This document shows, one piece after another, positions 37,198 to 44,831 of a stretch of 64,000 bases of DNA (its first letter is position 1; each line of letters opens with the position of its first letter). The notes under the pieces are model-generated. The model ran no database searches. It saw nothing but the letters and a program-made list of their open reading frames with translations, and was not told the DNA's origin. Made by a program: the position numbers and the translations under genes. This DNA comes from Vicinamibacterales bacterium. GTDB lineage: Bacteria; Acidobacteriota; Vicinamibacteria; Vicinamibacterales; UBA2999. The stretch covers positions 1,027,045-1,091,044 of the forward strand of contig CBDFLL010000005.1 of the NCBI GenBank assembly GCA_965249205.1. Direction: 5' to 3'.

Positions 37198-37411
37198 AAC
37201 CGTTCCATCTTGAGCGTCGTTAGCCTGAACCGTGCGTCCGTCGCGAGCGCCCTGAGAAGACTCGCTTCTGATGAATTTCTTGAGGTCGTGGAGGCCGGTA
37301 AGGGTAGGCGGCCGAGCAAGTACAAACGGCGCGAGGCCGGGAGAGTCGATATGTGAAGCTTCTTCTGAGGGTGAGGAACCACGGTGCTAGCCGTGGCTCC
37401 TATGGGTCAAA

Positions 37412-37984
37412 GTGTCCGGAGGCAACGGTTTTTGGAGGAATGCAATGTGTAGAGAGGATGAACTACCTGAAGATGTCATCAAAGAGGTGAAGCGTATCGC
37501 CGATAAGAGCAGCCCGCACTCACCCTACTTCGACAACGTTCACGATGACCAAAACCCTGGTCCGTGGATTCTAACTTACCAAGATCGTTCGGAAGTCGAG
37601 CAGGTCAAAGATTGGGCTAAAGAAATGCGAAAACGAGGCCACTCAATCGGCGAGCCCAAGCCGAATTTCGACGAGAGTGGAAACAAAGATGATCCACCGG
37701 ACATCTTGGTGAAGATGGACGGGAAGGAGGTCGGCATCGAAGTGACCAACTTAATGAAATATGTGAATGAGAATCGGATTTCCATCCTCTCATCTGGCAA
37801 AGAGACCATCCTGGAATGGAAACACCGTCAAGGTCAGATTGTATTCACTTGGAGTGATTCGGATCTCGATAATGACGAGAGAAAGAGGTTCGAAGAGACA
37901 GTCAGAGAAAACCCCAGCTATTACCAAGGAAAATGGACACAGTGGACTCTGGAGAGTTTCCAACAGTGCCTAACAGGCTGCTGA
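37412..37984 (+). CDS. AT-rich orphan hypothetical protein (possible PD-(D/E)xK nuclease-like core); last four codons and the stop come from the IS5 end
   Basis: About 47% GC against ~68% flanks. The protein is rich in K/E/D/N. Motif PPDILVKMDGKEVGIEV resembles PD...(D/E)xK. The reading frame ends ...FQQCL then TGC* inside the IS5 terminal repeat (cta|acaggctgctga). Confidence 0.45.
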   Translation: MSGGNGFWRNAMCREDELPEDVIKEVKRIADKSSPHSPYFDNVHDDQNPGPWILTYQDRSEVEQVKDWAKEMRKRGHSIGEPKPNFDESGNKDDPPDILVKMDGKEVGIEVTNLMKYVNENRISILSSGKETILEWKHRQGQIVFTWSDSDLDNDERKRFEETVRENPSYYQGKWTQWTLESFQQCLTGC

Positions 37985-39268
37985 AGAACCCGGGTGATCG
38001 GGCCGTTTTCTAAGGATCATGCAAGTCACCACCGACCGACAACGGTGCGCACGGCTGTGCGCTGGCCCCGATCAAGGGGCCGGCGACACGCGCGGCCGGT
38101 GATCAGGGACACCTCGCCTCCAGATTCCGCAGCCGGACCAAGTTATAGACCGTGGCGGCGAAGGTAAGCTGCCAATCCACGAGGGCGACACCGCGATGCC
38201 GGAGTTTGCGCAAGCCGCCGACGGTCTTCATCCAGCCAAAGACCTGTTCTACGAGTTTCCGTTTCCGCTGACTGACGTGATAGCCCGCATGCCGCGTGGT
38301 CCGGCCATCGATCGCACTCCAGCGGACCTTCTGAGCAACGTGGGGCGTGACGGCCCGGATACGGACAGCGGCCACAAAGCTTGCCACATCGTAGCCCTTG
38401 TCCGCCCCGACCGTGCTGCCCGGCGGCGCGCTGGCCTCCAGCAACAGCGCCGCTGCCTCGCGTTCGGCGGTCCCCGTCGCGTGAGTCGCGCAGACGTTGG
38501 CGACAAGTCCCTGTCGATTGTCCAGCAGCACGTGGCCCAGATACGCCAGCTTGGCTTCCTTCCCCTGGCCCTTCCGAGGCAGCATCGCCTCCGGATCGGT
38601 CGTCGACTGGTGCGTGTCGTTGCGCCGCCGCTCCCCGTGGAAGTTGACCGTGGGATTCCCGGGGTCATCGGGCGGGTCGCTCTCCGCCGCGTCCCGGCAC
38701 CGAAAGCTCTTCAGGCTGGCCCACGCTTCCAATTGGGTCCCATCCACAGTGAAGTGTTCGTCCGAGAGCAGCCCGGCCGCCCGCGCGTGGGCCTGCACCG
38801 CATCAAAGAAGGCGGCCGCGAGATCGCCCGCCAGCAGCCGGTCGCGATTCTTGGTAAACGTGGTGGGATGCCAAACCGGGTCGTCCAAATTCAAGCCCAC
38901 GAACCAGCGGAACAGCAGGTTGTAATTGAGCTCTTCCATCAGCAGCCGCTCGCTCCGCACCGTGTAGAGCACCTGCAGCAACAACGCGCGCAGCAGCTGT
39001 TCCGGCGGGATCGACGGACGCCCTGTGTTGGCGTACAGGCCGGCGAACCTGCGCGACATCGTTCTCAGCGCTTCGTCCGTCAGCGCGCGAACCGCGCGGA
39101 GCGGATGGTCGGCTGGCACGCGCTGTTCCGGCGACAGGTAGCTGAACATGTGAGTGCTTTGCTCATCGTGTCCGCGCATGATGGGGCTCCCTTCAGCGGT
39201 GTTGGGAGCATGGTAGTACGCCGGGATCGATCTGTCGATCCCATTTCACGGAGTTTTTCAGCAGCCTG
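37975..39268 (-). mobile_element. IS5-family insertion sequence copy 3; flanks CTAA (left) / CTAG (right) are mismatched
   Basis: Same termini as the other copies. The right end abuts the plsY stop codon (CTAG contains TAG). Non-identical flanking tetranucleotides suggest a recombinational or deletion history. Confidence 0.85.
38103..39179 (-). CDS. IS5-family DDE transposase (358 aa)
   Basis: Identical to 13820..14896. Confidence 0.9.
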   Translation of the reverse strand: MRGHDEQSTHMFSYLSPEQRVPADHPLRAVRALTDEALRTMSRRFAGLYANTGRPSIPPEQLLRALLLQVLYTVRSERLLMEELNYNLLFRWFVGLNLDDPVWHPTTFTKNRDRLLAGDLAAAFFDAVQAHARAAGLLSDEHFTVDGTQLEAWASLKSFRCRDAAESDPPDDPGNPTVNFHGERRRNDTHQSTTDPEAMLPRKGQGKEAKLAYLGHVLLDNRQGLVANVCATHATGTAEREAAALLLEASAPPGSTVGADKGYDVASFVAAVRIRAVTPHVAQKVRWSAIDGRTTRHAGYHVSQRKRKLVEQVFGWMKTVGGLRKLRHRGVALVDWQLTFAATVYNLVRLRNLEARCP

Positions 39269-39859
39269 CTAGAGCAGTCTCTCGCCAACCCTGCGTTCGG
39301 TACCGGCGAGGAGCCTACCGAGGTTACCGCGGTGGCGATGTACAACGATCACTGCGGCGACAGCAGCACCAGCCGTCACCGCCGGGGACATGTTGCTCGC
39401 AGCGGCTGCCGCCACAAGCGTCACCGCTGCAGAAATCGACCCGACCGAAACGTATCGCGTCACCCAGGTCACCAGCACGAACACCGCGGCTGCTATCGCC
39501 ACCGCAACCGGCGCGAGCGTTACGAAAACACCAGCGGCGGTCGCGACGCCCTTGCCACCGCGAAAGCCGAGCCACACCGGGTACACATGACCGATGACCG
39601 CTGCAAGTCCGGCTGCCACCGGCGTGGCGGGACCACCGAACAGTCGCTGCACCCCCATGACGACGACCGCGCCCTTGGCGACGTCCAGACACATCGCGGC
39701 CATGGCGCTTGGCGCGCCGCTTGTTCTGAGTACATTGGCCGCGCCGACGTTGCCACTCCCCGCTCGGCGCAGATCCACCCCTCGGCGCCGCGCCATCAAA
39801 AAAGCAAACGGCACGGACCCGACAAGATACCCGACGGTCACCGCGAGGATTTCTTCCAT
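39269..39859 (-). CDS. plsY: Glycerol-3-phosphate acyltransferase PlsY
   Basis: MEEILAVTVGYLVGSVPFAFLMARRRGVDLRRAGSGNVGAANVLRTSG... carries the conserved PlsY motifs (SGNxGAxN, HxxPV-like GHVYPVWLGFRGGKGVAT). Confidence 0.9.
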   Translation of the reverse strand: MEEILAVTVGYLVGSVPFAFLMARRRGVDLRRAGSGNVGAANVLRTSGAPSAMAAMCLDVAKGAVVVMGVQRLFGGPATPVAAGLAAVIGHVYPVWLGFRGGKGVATAAGVFVTLAPVAVAIAAAVFVLVTWVTRYVSVGSISAAVTLVAAAAASNMSPAVTAGAAVAAVIVVHRHRGNLGRLLAGTERRVGERLL

Positions 39860-39936
39860 GATGGGTCAGCGCCTGCGGCCTTCACAACAGTGTAGTCTCG
39901 TCCACCCCGTACCATCGTTGACCGTGGCGACTCGTC

Positions 39937-41235
39937 TCACGGCAGTAGCGCGCGCCTCACCATGTCGAGTGCCGCCTGGGAGGCCTGAAACTTCACCCGC
40001 TCTCGATCACCGACAAACCGGAACTGCCGCGAGCGGGTCGATCCAGGAAACGCCGCCGCGATGGCGACAGTGCCCACCGGCTTGTCCGCCGTGCCTCCGC
40101 CCGGACCGGCAATACCAGTCACGCCGACGCCCACGTCGACATTCGCACTGGCGCGCACACCCTCTGCCATGGCGATCGCGACCGGTTCACTGACTGCGCC
40201 ATGCTGATCGATCAGCACTGCGGGCACGCCCAGGAGCGACACCTTGGCGCTATTCGCGTAGGCGACCACCGCCGTTTCCACGTAGCGCGAACTACCCGCC
40301 ACATCCGTGAGTCGCGACGTCAGCAAGCCTCCGGTGCACGATTCGGCGAGGGCGATCCGAAACCCGCGCGCTACGAGCAACTCACCGACGACCCGCTCGA
40401 GGGGGCGGCCATCCACGCTGTATGCATCCAGGCCAAGCGCCTCGACCACCTGCACGGCGGCCGCGTTCGCGGCCGCCGCCGCGCGATCAGGCGACCCGGC
40501 GCGAGCCGAAAGGTGCAGTTCGATCTGGCCGAGCGACGCCAGAATCGTTGCCGATACCGGGACCTCTGCGCGTGCCCACTCGGCGTACAACCCTCTCACG
40601 GCCTCCTCGGTGTGCGATTCGGTGCGCCCGGTAATCCGGACCACTCGGGTGACCAGCGACCGATGCGGCGACCGCGAACTGAGAATGCCGTCCACCACCG
40701 ACGCCAGCATCGGCTTGAGTTCTCGCGGCGGCCCAGGCAGGAGCAGCACCGCGTGGTCGCCGTCTTCGATCCACAGGCCTGGCGCGGTCCCGTTCGGGTT
40801 ATCGATGACACGGGCGCCAGCCGGAACCATGGCCTGGCGGCGATTAATCGCAGGCATGTCCATGCGCCGCGACGCAAATCGATCGCGGATCCGCTCAGTG
40901 ATCCCCTCGTCCTCGGCCAGAGGCCGGGCAAGGACCTCTGCCACGACCTCCCGCGTCACGTCATCGTCAGTCGGTCCGAGCCCTCCGCAGCAAACGACAA
41001 ACCCCACTTGGTCGAGCGCGAAACGAACCGCGGCACCCAATTGCGCACGGTCGTCACCCACTACGCTCTTGTACGCGACTTCGATCCCGAGCACGTTCAG
41101 CTGCTCGGTAATGAACAGCGAGTTGGTATCCATTCGAGACGTGCTCAGCAGTTCGCTTCCGACCGCAAGAATCGCCGCGCGACCCAGGACCGCCACCGGA
41201 GGGCTCGATGAGGGCGTCACAGTCACACGAACCAT
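39937..41235 (-). CDS. cinA: CinA-like competence/damage-inducible protein (MoCF-binding N-domain plus PncC-like C-domain)
   Basis: AILAVGSELLSTSRMDTNSLFITEQLNVLGIEV... is the MoCF-binding domain. C-terminal ALAESCTGGLL...GVTGIAGPGGGTADKPVGTV is the CinA/PncC deamidase domain. Confidence 0.8.
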   Translation of the reverse strand: MVRVTVTPSSSPPVAVLGRAAILAVGSELLSTSRMDTNSLFITEQLNVLGIEVAYKSVVGDDRAQLGAAVRFALDQVGFVVCCGGLGPTDDDVTREVVAEVLARPLAEDEGITERIRDRFASRRMDMPAINRRQAMVPAGARVIDNPNGTAPGLWIEDGDHAVLLLPGPPRELKPMLASVVDGILSSRSPHRSLVTRVVRITGRTESHTEEAVRGLYAEWARAEVPVSATILASLGQIELHLSARAGSPDRAAAAANAAAVQVVEALGLDAYSVDGRPLERVVGELLVARGFRIALAESCTGGLLTSRLTDVAGSSRYVETAVVAYANSAKVSLLGVPAVLIDQHGAVSEPVAIAMAEGVRASANVDVGVGVTGIAGPGGGTADKPVGTVAIAAAFPGSTRSRQFRFVGDRERVKFQASQAALDMVRRALLP

Positions 41236-41687
41236 CCAGGTGCCAGCGCGATCAGCCCCCGCATGGCCACCTGGCCATACGCTGCTGCCATCGCGTCGTC
41301 CGCCATGATACCGAGACCGCCGGGCAGTCTTTCGAATCGTGATGACGGCCACGGCTTCACCACGTCGAACACACGAAACAGCAGGAACCCCACGATCGCG
41401 CCGGTCAGATTGACCGGCAGAAAAGCCAGAGTCATCAGCATGCCCGCAACTTCATCAATCACGACCGGCGCAGGATCGACATCGCCGAGGTGGCGCTCCG
41501 CCACCGTCGCGCTCCAGACACCGACGCAAAACACGGTGACAAGAGCCGCCAGCTCGAGACTGACCGAGCCAGTACCGCGAACCGCAAAAAAGACGACCAG
41601 CCCGGCAGCCGAGCCGAAGGTGCCAGGGGCCAGGGGCACGTAACCGACGTATGCACACGTCGCGATAAAGAGTCCGAGGCGATTCAT
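41223..41687 (-). CDS. pgpA: Phosphatidylglycerophosphatase A
   Basis: GTFGSAAGLVVFFAV...DPAPVVIDEVAGMLMTLAF...FRVFDVVKPWP...GLGIMADDAMAAAY is the PgpA signature. Confidence 0.85.
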   Translation of the reverse strand: MNRLGLFIATCAYVGYVPLAPGTFGSAAGLVVFFAVRGTGSVSLELAALVTVFCVGVWSATVAERHLGDVDPAPVVIDEVAGMLMTLAFLPVNLTGAIVGFLLFRVFDVVKPWPSSRFERLPGGLGIMADDAMAAAYGQVAMRGLIALAPGWFV

Positions 41688-41706
41688 CCGGTGACGCGAG
41701 GGACGG

Positions 41707-42759
41707 TCAGGCTGATGGCAGTACGATGACGCGGGTGTGCGTCACATAGTCATGGAGCGCAAGACGTTCGGGGCCCGCGAGCGCCGGCAGATAGCCCAGG
41801 CCAAACACCGAGGCCGACACCGCTCCAGCGAGCGCGCGCGTGAGGGCACCCCCTCCGTCCACGGGCCCACTGTCCATCGCCACGACCCGAATGCGCGCCG
41901 CCATCTTGCCGATTGTCTGACCCCCAGCTGCAGTGAAAGCCCAGAAGTACGACAGCTTGACGAGCAGCAGAAACGCGGCCAGCGGCGCGAGCGGAAGCGC
42001 CCTCCAATCGGCCATCGGCAATCCGACCATGCGCAGCGTGAAGTACATCACCGACAGGTCGATGGCCGTCAACAACACATGGTCGAGCACGACCGCCCCA
42101 AGCCGTCGGGCGGCACCGCTCACTGCGCCGCCTTCCTCCGCACCTGACTGCGGTTCTGCCGCCGCCGTGGCCACGCCCGAATGAACCGTGGCCGCTGACC
42201 CGGCGAGCGGCACATCCGGCGCCGTGTCCCACAGCTCCAGCACTGGTCGGGCTGCCGCCGACCGCGACGCCTTCGGGACCACCCGTAGCCTCGGCGTTCG
42301 TGGCGTGCGACGCACAGCCAGCGGCGGACGCGGCGTCGCCGGCACCTTGATGAGCGGTTCGTCGCCGAAACCGTCAAACGCGTCGGTGAAAAGCGGCAGT
42401 CCCCGATCGGTCCGCACGGTCTCAGCAGGTGCCCGCTCAGGCGTGGCAACGACTGGATCGGGCGTGGCAACGGCCGGTTCGGGTGTGGAAGCCGCCAGTT
42501 CGGGCACGGCATCGGCTGGATCGGGCGTTGGCGGTATCGAGTCAGAAATGTCCGGGGAAGACGCCAACGCCGTCATCGCCTGGTCGAACGAGTCGTCCCA
42601 CTGGACAGTTGCCGTCAGGTCTTCGGCAGGGCGCAGCGCGAGGTCATGCTCCACCTCGCCGGGGTCTCGGTCGGTCGCCACGAGCGAAAAGTCATACCCG
42701 CAGTTCTTACATCGATCGCCCGTATCGAACCCGAGATAGCTGCATTTCGGGCACTTCAC
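41707..42759 (-). CDS. RDD-family membrane protein with N-terminal zinc-ribbon and Pro/Ala-rich linker
   Basis: MKCPKCSYLGFDTGDRCKNCGY (zinc ribbon). C-terminal TM domain with GQTIGKMAARIRVVAMD is the RDD motif region. Confidence 0.6.
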   Translation of the reverse strand: MKCPKCSYLGFDTGDRCKNCGYDFSLVATDRDPGEVEHDLALRPAEDLTATVQWDDSFDQAMTALASSPDISDSIPPTPDPADAVPELAASTPEPAVATPDPVVATPERAPAETVRTDRGLPLFTDAFDGFGDEPLIKVPATPRPPLAVRRTPRTPRLRVVPKASRSAAARPVLELWDTAPDVPLAGSAATVHSGVATAAAEPQSGAEEGGAVSGAARRLGAVVLDHVLLTAIDLSVMYFTLRMVGLPMADWRALPLAPLAAFLLLVKLSYFWAFTAAGGQTIGKMAARIRVVAMDSGPVDGGGALTRALAGAVSASVFGLGYLPALAGPERLALHDYVTHTRVIVLPSA

Positions 42760-43595
42760 TGCACGGCACCTGAGGGGGCCGAGGCTGACATCGGAAGCTG
42801 GATGCCAGCTGCCGCGAGCAGGTCGCGCTGGACGTCGGCACGTAGTGCGTCCGCGTCCGGCCGGTGCGGATCCGCAATGCCAATGCCGTCAAGCGCGCGC
42901 AGGGCGTCGACCAGGTGCCCGTCGGCGTACAACTCGCGTGCGCGGACGACGCCGATTTCCGAGGCGCGCACGATCGGTAGCGGCTCCACGTACGCCGGTT
43001 CGACCGAGGGCGCCACGGTGACCTGAAGCGTCGTTAACTGGAGCTCCGACAACCACGCACCGATCGGAAGCCCGCTCAACAACATCGCCGCGGCAACAAC
43101 GAGCGTCACGAGCGCGGCGGCGATCCATCCCCGACGCGTCGTGGGCGGTGCCACGCGTCGATGCCTCACCCTGGATCGCGCCGGCAACGGGTCGATCCAC
43201 AGATCGGCACCGGAGCTGGACGAAGCAACTCGATCCAACCGATCGAGAAACACATCGGCTGCGTCACTACCCTGCTCAGCGGCCCGCGTCAACAGACTGC
43301 GCGCGCGATCGATGTCACCGGCGTTGTACGCCGACACGCCCACATGCAGCAGCTCTTCCGACTCACGCTGGCGCTCCGCCAGCGCACTGCGCGCACGCTC
43401 GATGTACGCTCGCGCTCGGTCGTGGTGGCGCTCAAGAAAAACCACACGGGTCCACACGCTGATCGCGCGCTCGTACTGCCCAGCGAAGTAGTGATCGAGC
43501 CCGGTGAGCAGGAGCTGCTCGATTCGCGCCTCGCGGTCCGCGTCGCCTCGCGGTTCTGGGGGACGGACCGGATTGGTCGGCTGCGAATTAGGCAT
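42756..43595 (-). CDS. TPR-repeat domain protein with single TM segment (start at MPNSQPTNP)
   Basis: TPR-like helices (EQLLLTGLDHYFAGQYERAISVWTRVVFLE...ARAYIERARSALAER...VGVSAYNAGDIDRARSLLTRAAEQG) followed by a TM helix (WIAAALVTLVVAAAMLLSGL). Confidence 0.5.
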   Translation of the reverse strand: MPNSQPTNPVRPPEPRGDADREARIEQLLLTGLDHYFAGQYERAISVWTRVVFLERHHDRARAYIERARSALAERQRESEELLHVGVSAYNAGDIDRARSLLTRAAEQGSDAADVFLDRLDRVASSSSGADLWIDPLPARSRVRHRRVAPPTTRRGWIAAALVTLVVAAAMLLSGLPIGAWLSELQLTTLQVTVAPSVEPAYVEPLPIVRASEIGVVRARELYADGHLVDALRALDGIGIADPHRPDADALRADVQRDLLAAAGIQLPMSASAPSGAVQ

Positions 43596-43760
43596 CGTGG
43601 CGGTGTGAAACGTGAACCCGATTATCGGGCAAAACTCTTCGTGGGTCAACGAATTACGGCCCCTCGCGCCCCCTCCGCTCGGCGCTCGGGACTGCTGAGG
43701 CACACACACGCTCGCATCCGCGGCACGAGGGGCTGGTTCGGGTGTGATACAAGGCGACGC

Positions 43761-44666
43761 ATGGCACTCATCGAGTGCGTACCCAACGTGAGCGAGGGGC
43801 GACGCGCGGAGATCGTCGAGAAGCTGGTGCAGAGCGTTCGGCATGTTCGGGGGGTGCGGCTTCTGGACCACTCGTCGGATCGGCAACACAATCGATCAGT
43901 CTTCACCATCGTCGGCGAGGCGGCCCGGCTGCAGGAGGCCGTGTTCTCATTATGTGACGGTGCCCTCTCCGATATCGACTTGCGGACCCACGCAGGCGCG
44001 CATCCCCGGGTTGGGGCCGTCGACGTCGTGCCTTTCATACCGATCGAGGGTGCCGGGATGGAAGAGTGCGCCGCGCTCGCGCGCGCGACCGCCTCTGAGA
44101 TCGCGCGACGTTTCCGCGTGCCCGTCTACCTCTACGAAGAGGCATCCACCGATCCAGTCCGCAAGCATCTGGAGGATATCCGACAGGGGCAATTCGAAGG
44201 GCTCGCCGAGAAGATGTCACGTCCGGGCTGGGCACCGGACTATGGGCCACGAGCCCCCCATCCCAGCGCGGGCGCATCCATCGTCGGGGCTCGAATGCCG
44301 CTGATCGCGTACAACATCAACCTCGCGAGCAACCGACTGGACGTGGCGCAGCGCATCGCGGCAACCGTTCGACACAGCGGTGGCGGCTTCCCACACGTCA
44401 AAGCGATGGGACTTGTACTGGAGGACCGCAACATCGTGCAGGTATCGATGAATCTGACGAACTACGAATCCACGCCTATTGTGCGCGTCTTCGAGGCGGT
44501 CTGCCGAGAGGCGCAGCGCTACGGAGTGGAGGCGCTCGAGAACGAGATCATTGGCCTGGTGCCACGAGCCGCGCTCGCCGGGCTGACTGAATCCTTCGCG
44601 CGACTCGGACCGATTCGAGAGGAGCAGATCCTGGAGACAAGGCTCAGGCAAACTGGCGGCGCGTAA
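43761..44666 (+). CDS. Glutamate formimidoyltransferase (formiminotransferase domain, FtcD-like)
   Basis: MALIECVPNVSEGRRAEIVEKLV...VFTIVG...YLYEEAST is the formiminotransferase N- and C-subdomain signature. Confidence 0.75.
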   Translation: MALIECVPNVSEGRRAEIVEKLVQSVRHVRGVRLLDHSSDRQHNRSVFTIVGEAARLQEAVFSLCDGALSDIDLRTHAGAHPRVGAVDVVPFIPIEGAGMEECAALARATASEIARRFRVPVYLYEEASTDPVRKHLEDIRQGQFEGLAEKMSRPGWAPDYGPRAPHPSAGASIVGARMPLIAYNINLASNRLDVAQRIAATVRHSGGGFPHVKAMGLVLEDRNIVQVSMNLTNYESTPIVRVFEAVCREAQRYGVEALENEIIGLVPRAALAGLTESFARLGPIREEQILETRLRQTGGA

Positions 44667-44831
44667 CCAGTCGACCCGCTCCACCCTTTTCTGCCTTCTG
44701 TCTTTATCGGTTTCAGGGTTACCATTCGTGCTCGCCATGACTTCCGTCGATCTTTTCGCACTGCGGGCAACGCTTGGTCTGAACGGCTTCCTCTCTCCCC
44801 AGCCTGCGGCCTCCCATCGTCGTTCCCAGCG

